From Lentisphaeria bacterium (GTDB lineage: Bacteria; Verrucomicrobiota; Lentisphaeria; JABSQK01), in assembly GCA_013215875.1 (NCBI GenBank), contig JABSQK010000021.1, positions 477 through 64,476 on the forward strand: 64,000 nucleotides of DNA, given 5' to 3'. Shown in pieces: positions 10,537 through 19,350 of this stretch (position 1 is the first letter of the stretch; the number at the start of each line of letters is the position of its first letter). Position numbers and translations under genes: made by a program. The notes beneath the pieces are model-generated. The model had not been told where the DNA came from. It did no database searches and worked only from the letters and a program-made list of their open reading frames with translations.

Positions 10537-11224
10537 TTTCAAAAAACTATATATCGCGCTAAGCCTGTTGGCCCTTATGACGGCTTGTAGTCGTGGTCGC
10601 CGAACCTCCAAGACACCGATTCACCCAAATCCAAATATGGATAAGCAAGAGAAATTTAAGGCCCAGGATAAAACGCCTTTTTATGCGGATGGCCGGACTA
10701 TGCGTCTACCCGTTGAACATGCTGTGGCCCGTGGCGATCTGCGTGAGGATTCACACCAGGCTGTACATAGTGTCCGCTTTAATCAAACGATCGCTCAAAA
10801 AGATATTTACAGTTATTATACTGGCACAATTGAGGGTCAAGGGTCTGTAGAAAAACCGGCCTATGTCGACTATTCTCCGGTGACATTTTCAAAAGATGTA
10901 CTCCTGCGTGGAAAACAGCGTTACAATATCTACTGCACCCCGTGCCATGGAGCAACTGCTGAAGGTGGAACGCATGGTATGGTCATGAAAAACAATCGCT
11001 TTTCTCCACTACCACCCAATTTTCAAAAAGCCCCATTCATGCGCGACAAATTTCCCGATGGCAAAGTTTTTTATACGATAACAAATGGTTCATTAAATAA
11101 AAATATGCCTTCGTACGCGTCACAGATTACTGTAGAAGACCGTTGGGCAATCGTTGGGTACTTACGCGTTTTGCAGCGCTCTGCAAAAGCCAGTCGAAAA
11201 GAATATAGCGAGAGTAATAAATAA
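10529..11224 (+). CDS. actE: ACIII subunit ActE, monoheme cytochrome c lipoprotein
   Basis: I moved the start to ATG 10529 (MNNFKKLYIALSLLALMTACS, lipobox LMTAC). This overlaps the actD stop in ATGAATAA. Single CTPCHG heme motif. The ORF-track start at 10448 lies inside actD. Confidence 0.8.
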   Translation: MNNFKKLYIALSLLALMTACSRGRRTSKTPIHPNPNMDKQEKFKAQDKTPFYADGRTMRLPVEHAVARGDLREDSHQAVHSVRFNQTIAQKDIYSYYTGTIEGQGSVEKPAYVDYSPVTFSKDVLLRGKQRYNIYCTPCHGATAEGGTHGMVMKNNRFSPLPPNFQKAPFMRDKFPDGKVFYTITNGSLNKNMPSYASQITVEDRWAIVGYLRVLQRSAKASRKEYSESNK

Positions 11225-11448
11225 TGATTGAATTTCTAGTCGCTTTAGTCGTTATTTGTGTCGGGCTCTCATTGATTAGTATACGCATACTAATGGTCCC
11301 TGGCGGTCAATTTGCCGGTACATGCAGCAGCAATAACCCCTTGATGAGAAAAGACGATGGTTCATGTTCGATTTGTGGACAGAAGCCTGGCGGATCTTGC
11401 CAGGATGAAACACCAGACACTGAATTAGTTGAAAAAGAGACGACTTAA
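11224..11448 (+). CDS. nqrM: small membrane Cys-rich protein, candidate (Na+)-NQR maturation factor NqrM (DUF539-like)
   Basis: 74 aa with one N-terminal TM helix, then GTCSS ... GSCSICGQKPGGSC. This resembles the NqrM pattern of a TM helix plus conserved Cys residues. TAATG overlap with actE, and the stop lies 2 nt before nqrA. Confidence 0.45.
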   Translation: MIEFLVALVVICVGLSLISIRILMVPGGQFAGTCSSNNPLMRKDDGSCSICGQKPGGSCQDETPDTELVEKETT

Positions 11449-11450
11449 GA

Positions 11451-12806
11451 ATGGCTGAATATAATTTAAAAAGAGGTTTTGATATTAAGCTGGTTGGCGA
11501 AGCTGAATCTGTCATCGATGATGGATTCAGGCCTGAAACAATTGCACTTAATACCGGCTCCCTACGTGGTGTCAAATTAAAGCCGCTTGTAAAACCTGGC
11601 GATACAGTAAAAATTGGCAGCCCGCTTTGCCAGAGCAAAGAAAACGATGCATGGGTTTTTACATCGCCTAACAGTGGTACTGTTAAAGAGGTCATCAGAG
11701 GCGCACGTCGTGTTCTTGAAAGTTTTGTCATCCAGGTGGACAATGAGTATGAGTCTATTCTGTTTGATCATTTTAAGCAATCTGACCTGAGCACAGTCAT
11801 GCGGGAAGATGCGATGGAGTTGCTTCTTATGAGTGGTCAGTTAGCAAACTTCCGCGAACGCCCCTTTGATTACACTGCAAATCCTGAGCATATGCCAAGG
11901 GATATATTTGTATCAACTTTCGATACCGCCCCATTGGCTGCAGACCCCAACATGATTGTAGAAGGTAACGAGGTCTATTTCCAGGCCGGTCTTGATATCT
12001 GTTCCGTATTAACAAGCGGAAAAGTACACCTTGGAATTGACAGTGACCGTAAAGATATCTCCGAAGCCTTTGCCCATGCCCGCAATGTGCAGGTAAACCG
12101 CTTTTCTGGACCGCACCCTGCCGGACTTGTTGGTGTCCAAATTCACCATGTTGCCCCAATCAACGGGCGTGAAGATTATGTCTGGACAATTTCTGTACAT
12201 GGCTTAATTCAAATCGGTCGCTTATTCACCACAGGGAATATTTCCCCCGATATGATTGTTGCAGTCGCTGGTGCAGGTGCATCAAACCGTAAACATTTCC
12301 GTACTGTGCTCGGCGCCCCGATCGACTCGTTGGTCGAACTCGAAGAAGGCGAGCAGCGCATCATTTCAGGAAATGTTCTTACGGGTAAAAAAGTCGACCC
12401 TGAAAATTATATTGGTTTTTATGACAACTTAATTACCGTCATTCCTGAAGTTACCAGTCCTGAGTTTATTGGCTGGATGCTGCCGGGTGGCGAAAAGCAG
12501 AGTTATTTCAAAGCATTCCTCTCTCATATGTTCCCAGGTAAAAAGTTCAATCAAAATACCTGTATGAATGGGGGCGATCGGGCCTTTGTCTCCACGGGTC
12601 TATATGAAGACGTGCTGCCAATGGACATCTATCCACTTTACCTTGTTAAAAGTATTCGGGCCGGGGATATCGATGAAATGGAGCAACTGGGTATTTATGA
12701 AGTCAGCGAAGAAGAACTCGCACTCTGCGAATATATCTGTCCATCGAAAGGGACATTTATGAAAGATATTCGTAACGGTTTAGATTTAATAGAAAAGGAA
12801 GGCTAA
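11451..12806 (+). CDS. nqrA: Na+-translocating NADH:quinone oxidoreductase subunit A
   Basis: 451 aa with an NqrA-like N-terminus (YNLKRGFDIKLVGEAE), soluble profile, first gene of the nqr order A-B-C-D-E-F. Confidence 0.9.
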   Translation: MAEYNLKRGFDIKLVGEAESVIDDGFRPETIALNTGSLRGVKLKPLVKPGDTVKIGSPLCQSKENDAWVFTSPNSGTVKEVIRGARRVLESFVIQVDNEYESILFDHFKQSDLSTVMREDAMELLLMSGQLANFRERPFDYTANPEHMPRDIFVSTFDTAPLAADPNMIVEGNEVYFQAGLDICSVLTSGKVHLGIDSDRKDISEAFAHARNVQVNRFSGPHPAGLVGVQIHHVAPINGREDYVWTISVHGLIQIGRLFTTGNISPDMIVAVAGAGASNRKHFRTVLGAPIDSLVELEEGEQRIISGNVLTGKKVDPENYIGFYDNLITVIPEVTSPEFIGWMLPGGEKQSYFKAFLSHMFPGKKFNQNTCMNGGDRAFVSTGLYEDVLPMDIYPLYLVKSIRAGDIDEMEQLGIYEVSEEELALCEYICPSKGTFMKDIRNGLDLIEKEG

Positions 12807-12816
12807 CTGATTTTTT

Positions 12817-14937
12817 ATGAAGTTCTTAGAAAAAATATTTGATAAAAAGCGCGCGGACTTTGAAAAAGGTGGAAAACTTGAGTTTTTCTATCCGCTTTTT
12901 GAAGCAAAGGAAACGTTTCTTTTTGTCCTTGGCCGACGCACCAAAGATGGTGGTGTTCACATCCGTGACAACATGGATTCAAAACGCCTCATGTCGATTG
13001 TTGTTCAGGCGTTAATCCCCTGTCTGCTCTTTGGTATATACAATGCGGGTTATCAGTTTTATGCGGGACAAGGAACAGAAGCGAGCATATTAGAGTGCTT
13101 TGCCAAAGGTTTATGGTATGGTCCAGAGCATAAATTTCAGGGTGTATTACCCATTCTTATTACGAGCTATGCAGTCGGCGGAGTCTGTGAATTGATATTT
13201 GCACTGATCCGCAAACATGAAATTAACGAAGGATTTTTAGTAACCGGAATGCTCTTGCCGCTCACCCTGCCACCAACGATTCCTATTTGGATGGTTGCCC
13301 TGGGTGTTATTTTTGGTGTGGTCATCGGTAAAGAAATATTTGGCGGAACGGGAATGAATATCTTCAATCCGGCCCTCACTGCCCGCGCCTTTCTCTTCTT
13401 CGCCTACGCACCTCAAATGTCCGGTGATGCACCGTGGATAATGACAGGCGCCGAGAGCTTTGTTGACGGGTTCACCAGTGCAACACCTCTGGCTCTCGTT
13501 TATGCACATGCAACAGATGCCGCAGCGTCTACCGGCATCGTTGAAGCCTTAACTAATTCTCATTACACCTGGACCAGCATGTTCCTGGGTCGAATCCCAG
13601 GCTCTATTGGCGAAACCTCAACCCTGCTCTGTTTTCTCGGTGCTGGATTGCTGATTGCCACAGGCATCGGTAGCTGGCGTGTAATGCTTGCCACCTTAAT
13701 TGGATGTGTCGGAATGGCATCCCTTATGAATATTTGTTCAAGCTCAGATATGAGCATGCTCAGCATTCCAGCGCACTATCATATTGTCATGGGTGGTTTT
13801 GCTTTCGGCATGGTTTATATGGCGACTGATCCAGTATCAGCGGCTCAAACGAACGCGGGTAAATGGGTCTATGGTATCCTAATAGGCTGTCTCCTGGTTA
13901 TCATTCGTGTGATAAATCCTGCATACCCGGAAGGCATGATGCTGTCCATTCTCTTTTTGAATGCATTTGCACCCTTAATTGATTATTGCGTCCTGCAATT
14001 ACACATCGCAAAACGGGCAAACCGTGTCACAAAAGCTCACCATAGTAATACGGAAATTGTTATTATTGTTGCCGTCCTAGCTGTCGTATGTGCATTTGCC
14101 CTTTCTATTGTCAGTAGTTCACTGCGTGATAAGGTTGCCGAAAATAAAAAGTATGATGTGCAAAAAAGTATCCTCGATTCCTTTAAGCTTATTGGTGAAG
14201 GCGAGGAAGAACTTGGCCCGGAAGAAAAACTGGTGAAAGGTGAAATCCTCGCATTTATTGGCGAACGCCTGGGCGTCATCGTTGTAAATACAAAAGGCGA
14301 TATACTTTCTAAAGAGGAACTGGCAGGATTCCTGAAAGCTCAGAAAGTCTCATTAGATGAAAAAATTAAAGACGAAGTGGAGCAAAAAAAAGCAGCCATT
14401 GATGAAGCAGTTTTGCGACAGAAACTAAAAAATGATCATAAAGCATTCAAAAACGAAACAGTTAAAGATATGTCCTTGCCTGTTTTCATCCTTTATAAAA
14501 AAGGGTCCGATAAAAGCATCATCGATGCGTATGCGATTCCTGTTTGGGGCAAGGGACTTTGGGGACCGATTCGCGGGTATTTATCCATCGAGCCAGATGG
14601 ACGGACAGTTCGCTATTTAACCATGCTCGGTGATCATAGTGAAACCCCTGGTCTCGGTAAGGAAATGGAACGGAAATGGTTTCGCGGAAATTTCACTGGC
14701 AAGAAAACCCATGATGATACTGGCAAGCTAGTTGCGATAACTGTTGTGAAAGGTAAAGCGCCCGCCGACGCAAAGCATAAAGTAACCGGCTTGAGTGGGG
14801 CAACAATCACCTCAGTTGGTATTACCAAGATGACAAAAAAATGCCTGGGTCTTTATGAAAAGTATTTCGATAATGTTGCAAAAAATGCTGCTAAAGATGC
14901 AGGGAAAAAGCCTGATACTAATGGAGGCACCAAATAA
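12817..14937 (+). CDS. nqrBC: Na+-NQR subunits B and C encoded as one fused polypeptide
   Basis: 706 aa. Residues 1 to about 400 are a polytopic NqrB with flavinylation-type motif DGFTSAT. The ORF then continues without a stop (…LQLHIAKRANRVTKAHHSNTEIVIIVAVLAVVCAFALSIVSS…) into an NqrC-like TM anchor and FMN domain with GLSGATITS. Confidence 0.85.
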   Translation: MKFLEKIFDKKRADFEKGGKLEFFYPLFEAKETFLFVLGRRTKDGGVHIRDNMDSKRLMSIVVQALIPCLLFGIYNAGYQFYAGQGTEASILECFAKGLWYGPEHKFQGVLPILITSYAVGGVCELIFALIRKHEINEGFLVTGMLLPLTLPPTIPIWMVALGVIFGVVIGKEIFGGTGMNIFNPALTARAFLFFAYAPQMSGDAPWIMTGAESFVDGFTSATPLALVYAHATDAAASTGIVEALTNSHYTWTSMFLGRIPGSIGETSTLLCFLGAGLLIATGIGSWRVMLATLIGCVGMASLMNICSSSDMSMLSIPAHYHIVMGGFAFGMVYMATDPVSAAQTNAGKWVYGILIGCLLVIIRVINPAYPEGMMLSILFLNAFAPLIDYCVLQLHIAKRANRVTKAHHSNTEIVIIVAVLAVVCAFALSIVSSSLRDKVAENKKYDVQKSILDSFKLIGEGEEELGPEEKLVKGEILAFIGERLGVIVVNTKGDILSKEELAGFLKAQKVSLDEKIKDEVEQKKAAIDEAVLRQKLKNDHKAFKNETVKDMSLPVFILYKKGSDKSIIDAYAIPVWGKGLWGPIRGYLSIEPDGRTVRYLTMLGDHSETPGLGKEMERKWFRGNFTGKKTHDDTGKLVAITVVKGKAPADAKHKVTGLSGATITSVGITKMTKKCLGLYEKYFDNVAKNAAKDAGKKPDTNGGTK

Positions 14938-15560
14938 TGGATGGAAAACTATTAAAAGATCCGATGCTGTCAAGCAATCCAGTGACCATTTTAGCTTTAG
15001 GCATTTGTTCTGCCTTGGCTGTAACTGGCCAAATGATGCCGTCGATGACTATGGGCATTGCTGTAACTGTTGTTATTGTTGTTTCAAGTACTGTGGTCTC
15101 GGCCATAAAAAATTACATCCCTGCCCGTGTCAGTATTATTTGCCAGATGACTGTAATTGCAACATTAGTTATCCTTGTCGACCAGGTCCTAAAGGCATAC
15201 CAGTATGAGACATCCAAGCAGCTTTCGGTTTTTGTTGGCTTGATTATCACCAACTGTATCGTTATGGGGCGCACAGAGGGTTTTGCCATGGGAAATAAAC
15301 CGGGTGCATCTATGCTGGATGGACTTGGCAATGGCTTAGCCTACGCAATTATATTAATCATCATTTCCTTCGTACGAGAATTGTTTGGCTCCGGCACACT
15401 GTTTGGAGCAAAAATGATTCCTCAATCGTTTTATGACGCGGGTTATGTCGACAATGGCTTGCTGGTTTTGCCCCCGGCAGCTTTCTTTATTCTTGGTTTT
15501 ATTATTTGGGCACAGAAAGAATGGATGGGACGAAAAGACCCATCTGTATTTGAGGAGTAA
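14937..15560 (+). CDS. nqrD: Na+-NQR subunit D
   Basis: 207 aa, NqrD/RnfE-type membrane protein (NPVTILALGICSALAVT). TAATG overlap with nqrBC. Confidence 0.9.
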   Translation: MDGKLLKDPMLSSNPVTILALGICSALAVTGQMMPSMTMGIAVTVVIVVSSTVVSAIKNYIPARVSIICQMTVIATLVILVDQVLKAYQYETSKQLSVFVGLIITNCIVMGRTEGFAMGNKPGASMLDGLGNGLAYAIILIIISFVRELFGSGTLFGAKMIPQSFYDAGYVDNGLLVLPPAAFFILGFIIWAQKEWMGRKDPSVFEE

Positions 15561-15562
15561 TT

Positions 15563-16186
15563 ATGGCCGACCATATAAATTTAGCTTTAAATTCGATATT
15601 CGTAGAAAACATTCTGCTGGCATACTTCCTGGGCATGTGTTCATTCCTTGCTTGTTCTAACAAAGTGAAGACTGCCTTTGGTCTTGGCCTGGCAGTGGTC
15701 TTCGTATTAGCAATTACCGCACCTGCAAACTGGGCCTTGAATGAGTACGTTCTGAAAGCGGGCGCTCTGCAATGGACCGGCAACGATACACTTGCTGCCA
15801 TGGATTTAAGCTACCTCAGCTTTATCTCCTTTATTGCTGTGATCGCCGCAATGGTGCAGCTCGTGGAGATGTTTATCGAAAAGACCTCCGATAGTTTATA
15901 TAATTCGCTGGGTATCTTTCTACCACTCATCACTGTGAACTGCTCGATTCTGGGTACATCACTCTTCCTGGTTGATCGTGAATACGGTTTAGCTCAGTCT
16001 GTGAATTTTGGTATCAGCTCTGGAGTGGGCTGGTTTTTAGCCATCATTTGTATGGCGGCAATTCGTCATAAGATTCGTTACTCCAATGTACCACGCGGAC
16101 TTCGCGGACTTGGCATTACAATGATGGTCACAGGGTTAATTGCATTTGGCTTTATGGCCTTTGCAGGTATCGATCTCAAATCTTAA
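15563..16186 (+). CDS. nqrE: Na+-NQR subunit E
   Basis: 207 aa, NqrE/RnfA-type (SIFVENILLAYFLGMCSFLA). Starts 2 nt after nqrD. Confidence 0.9.
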   Translation: MADHINLALNSIFVENILLAYFLGMCSFLACSNKVKTAFGLGLAVVFVLAITAPANWALNEYVLKAGALQWTGNDTLAAMDLSYLSFISFIAVIAAMVQLVEMFIEKTSDSLYNSLGIFLPLITVNCSILGTSLFLVDREYGLAQSVNFGISSGVGWFLAIICMAAIRHKIRYSNVPRGLRGLGITMMVTGLIAFGFMAFAGIDLKS

Positions 16187-16211
16187 ATTATAGCATAGGA
16201 TTCAATACGAC

Positions 16212-17480
16212 ATGTTTATAGCAGAGTTCACCATCGACGGGCCTTATATTATCACAAGCTTAGTTTACTTTATTTTACTGCTTGTTATTTTATCTATTGG
16301 CTTAATTTTTGCATTTTCAAAACTCGGGACTACAGGCAAGGTCACATTATCTATCAATGGTGAAAAAGAGATCTCTGTCGACGCCGGGCAAACCTTACTC
16401 GGAACGCTTTCAAACAATGGTATTCTGCTGCCCTCTGCTTGTGGCGGAGGCGGTACTTGTGGTGTTTGCCGTTGCCGTGTTTTAGAAGGCGGTGGTGATA
16501 TTGGCCCGACGGAAATCGGCCATATATCGCGCGGTGAAGCGAAAGAAAACTGGCGTCTGTCATGCCAGCTAAAAGTAAAGGGCGACATGGTTATCGAAGT
16601 GCCTGAAGAAGTCTTTGGTATCAACGAATGGGAATGCGAAGTCGTTTCCAATGAAAATGTCGCAACTTTTATTAAAGAATTTGTCATGCGTTTGCCGCCC
16701 GGTGAAAACCTTAATTTCCAATCCGGCGGTTACATTCAAATTGAAATTCCACCCTTTGAAATTGATTACAAAAATTTTATTGTCGAAGACGAATACCGTT
16801 CTGACTGGGATAAATTCGATGCCTGGCAGTTCAAAGCAGTCAACAAGGAAACAGTTATACGTGCCTATTCCATGGCCAATCACCCCGCAGAAGGTGATAT
16901 TGTCATGCTCAATATTCGCATCGCAACTCCACCGCCAGACCGCAGTCATCCGTCGGGCTGGGCACAAGTGCCTCCTGGAATTGCCACCTCCTATATTTTT
17001 GATCAAAAACCAGGTGATAAATGTAAAATCTCCGGGCCATATGGTGAATTTTACATAAAAGACACAGACAAAGAAATGATTTATATCGGTGGCGGTGCTG
17101 GCATGGCACCCTTACGCTCGCACATTTTCCACTTATTTCATACCCTAAAGACTGGCCGTAAGGTCTGCTATTGGTATGGGGCTCGTACACGCAGGGAAAT
17201 TTTCTATGAGGACCATTTCCGTAAAATAGAAGAAGAGTTTGATAACTTCTCTTTCCACATCGCTTTAGATAACCCGCTTCCCGAAGATAACTGGGAAGGC
17301 CATAAGGGCTATATTCATAATGTTGTACATGACGAATTCCTTGTACATCATGAATCCCCTGAAGATTGTGAATATTACCTTTGCGGGCCTCCGATTATGG
17401 CCACATCTGTAATAACAATGCTAGATAGTCTCGGTGTCGATGAAGAGACCAGTATCTTCAAAGACGACTTCGGCGGCTAA
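16212..17480 (+). CDS. nqrF: Na+-NQR subunit F (TM anchor, 2Fe-2S ferredoxin, FAD/NADH domain)
   Basis: 422 aa with N-terminal TM helix, [14 protein letters not shown], the RAYSMAN FAD motif and GGGAGMAPL. Confidence 0.95.
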   Translation: MFIAEFTIDGPYIITSLVYFILLLVILSIGLIFAFSKLGTTGKVTLSINGEKEISVDAGQTLLGTLSNNGILLPSACGGGGTCGVCRCRVLEGGGDIGPTEIGHISRGEAKENWRLSCQLKVKGDMVIEVPEEVFGINEWECEVVSNENVATFIKEFVMRLPPGENLNFQSGGYIQIEIPPFEIDYKNFIVEDEYRSDWDKFDAWQFKAVNKETVIRAYSMANHPAEGDIVMLNIRIATPPPDRSHPSGWAQVPPGIATSYIFDQKPGDKCKISGPYGEFYIKDTDKEMIYIGGGAGMAPLRSHIFHLFHTLKTGRKVCYWYGARTRREIFYEDHFRKIEEEFDNFSFHIALDNPLPEDNWEGHKGYIHNVVHDEFLVHHESPEDCEYYLCGPPIMATSVITMLDSLGVDEETSIFKDDFGG

Positions 17481-17495
17481 GAACAAAACAATTTC

Positions 17496-17525
17496 AAAGC
17501 CCTTCATTTATGAAGGGCTTTTTTC
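17496..17525. terminator. bidirectional Rho-independent terminator between convergent nqrF and a small minus-strand ORF
   Basis: Perfect 11-bp stem AAAGCCCTTCA / TGAAGGGCTTT (17496-17506 and 17511-17521) with loop TTTA. Flanked by an A-run and a T-run. Confidence 0.8.
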
Positions 17526-17852
17526 GTTTAAAGATTCGTGGATATTATCATCTGTCGGCTCTATCTCAACTGTGTCATCAGTCGCAGACATGGCACTTGG
17601 GAGAACATCAATCTTGTAACGCTGCCCAAGTTTGATGACTGCAAATACGAGAATCGTGCCCGCCGGCAAAGCTATCAGTGCGCCAAGGCCGACAAGTTTA
17701 AGAATGTCCTGGAACTGTTTGAGCGCTGCATCTTTTTCTGCATCGTCAATTTTATCGCGCTTGGCAATACGCAGCAAGACAAACAGCATGTCCTTTGTTT
17801 CGCTGCTTTCTTCCGCAAGTATTTCTTTGAGACGTATTAATTTCTTTTTCAT
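17508..17852 (-). CDS. hypothetical small membrane protein
   Basis: 114-aa ORF with a charged N-terminal helix, one TM segment (LVGLGALIALPAGTILVFAVI) and an acidic tail. Its 3' end runs into the terminator hairpin. Confidence 0.45.
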   Translation of the reverse strand: MKKKLIRLKEILAEESSETKDMLFVLLRIAKRDKIDDAEKDAALKQFQDILKLVGLGALIALPAGTILVFAVIKLGQRYKIDVLPSAMSATDDTVEIEPTDDNIHESLNEKSPS

Positions 17853-17984
17853 AAGAACTGGCCTGATTGATGCTGGAAACTATCTTTTATATACTATTCA
17901 TCCAAAAGTGTGAGAATCAAATGGCAAAATCAGTTCCTGCAAAAGATGCAACTTTAACGAAAAGATACGTTTGGAGAAAATAAG

Positions 17985-18920
17985 GTGTCTGAAATACAGT
18001 ATCAGGGCATAAGATATCAGCTTCCCCCCGGCTCTGACCTCTTGTCAGCACTACTTGAGCAGGATTTACGCATTCCCAACAGCTGCCGGCAGGGGCTCTG
18101 CCATGCCTGCAAAATGATCGCCGATGAAGGCGCTATTCCATCCGAGGCACAAAGCGGGCTGACAGATGCCGAATGCATTCAAAATCAATTTCTGTCATGC
18201 CAATGTTATCCCATATCTGATATGTCCGTACGTTTACCCGATGATGCTGGAAAACGCCTGACTGCAAAGATTCTCTCAAAGACATTGGCGAATGGCCTTA
18301 TTAGTCTCAAAATCGAAAAAGTCATTGATTATCTACCTGGGCAATTTCTGACCCTGTGGAAAGATGATATAAACGGGCGTTGTTATTCCATTGCCTCCTG
18401 CAGTGACGACGCGTTTCTTGAGTTTCACATCAAGCATGTATCCGATGGCGAGTTCAGCGATTGGCTCGCTCACGATGAAATTGCCACGATTGATGTTTCC
18501 AATTTAGCTGGTGACTGCTGTTACCAAACCGCGAGTGACCGCGATATGGTATTAATTGGTTTGGGCACTGGAATGGCACCCTTGTGGGGCATTTTGCGCG
18601 AGGCCCTGATGAAAGGGCATAAAGGTCGTATCATCGTTTACAATGCTGCCCGGGAAAGCAAGAATCTTTATTTATATGATCAATTAAAAGACATCTCCGG
18701 AATCGAATGCAATTTCTCCGTGCGAGAGCACAATAGCGAGCGCCAGGTGGACGTGATTGATATCGATGAGATGATCGATGCCATACTGGAACAAGCAGCA
18801 GAAATGGACTTTTATATCTGTGGATCCGAAAACATGGTGAAGCGTCTAAGGCGCAAAATCTTCATGGCTGGAGCAATGTTATCAAACATCCACTCCGATG
18901 CCTTCATTGCTGCGATATAG
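17985..18920 (+). CDS. soluble 2Fe-2S ferredoxin / FNR-type FAD-NAD(P)H oxidoreductase (NqrF-like fold without TM anchor)
   Basis: 311 aa, GTG start. Plant-type ferredoxin cysteines CRQGLCHACK…SCQC, RCYSIAS (RxYS) and GLGTGMAPL. Confidence 0.75.
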   Translation: MSEIQYQGIRYQLPPGSDLLSALLEQDLRIPNSCRQGLCHACKMIADEGAIPSEAQSGLTDAECIQNQFLSCQCYPISDMSVRLPDDAGKRLTAKILSKTLANGLISLKIEKVIDYLPGQFLTLWKDDINGRCYSIASCSDDAFLEFHIKHVSDGEFSDWLAHDEIATIDVSNLAGDCCYQTASDRDMVLIGLGTGMAPLWGILREALMKGHKGRIIVYNAARESKNLYLYDQLKDISGIECNFSVREHNSERQVDVIDIDEMIDAILEQAAEMDFYICGSENMVKRLRRKIFMAGAMLSNIHSDAFIAAI

Positions 18921-18921
18921 C

Positions 18922-19245
18922 TTATACCTGGTGCTTTCGCTCAGCCAGAAAGCCAAGTAAAACAAAGGTTCCGATCATGGCAACAATCATTGTTATTGTT
19001 GGCATAGAACCGTAAAACTGTATGAGCACTTTTGTCAGCAAAACAGTTGCCAATCCATATCCAAATGCGGCAACCAGTATAAATATGAGCAAGCGCATGT
19101 AAAAGGGATGCTGGCTTATGTGTCTTTTGAGCACATTGTTTATTTCATTGCCATATATGACCAGGATTGTGGCTATAATTGCCATGCATAAATCGGGCAT
19201 TTGGCCCCGCATCCATGAATTGATACTGCCTATAATTTCATTCAT
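18922..19245 (-). CDS. hypothetical 3-TM membrane protein
   Basis: 107-aa hydrophobic ORF, convergent with the previous gene. Confidence 0.5.
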   Translation of the reverse strand: MNEIIGSINSWMRGQMPDLCMAIIATILVIYGNEINNVLKRHISQHPFYMRLLIFILVAAFGYGLATVLLTKVLIQFYGSMPTITMIVAMIGTFVLLGFLAERKHQV

Positions 19246-19350
19246 TTGCTAATTATCCTTTATTATTAACTGCAATTTAAATCGTCAGTAGTCCAGCGCT
19301 AGCGCTGATGGTAATTTACAGTATTTACCAGTAGATTTATTGCAAGTGGT

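Noticed and set aside
19294-19307. Perfect 14-bp palindrome CAGCGCTAGCGCTG between two minus-strand genes.
   Set aside because: It is a single short palindrome without a following T-run and does not recur elsewhere in the window. It could be a weak terminator or a restriction-type site, but nothing more can be supported.
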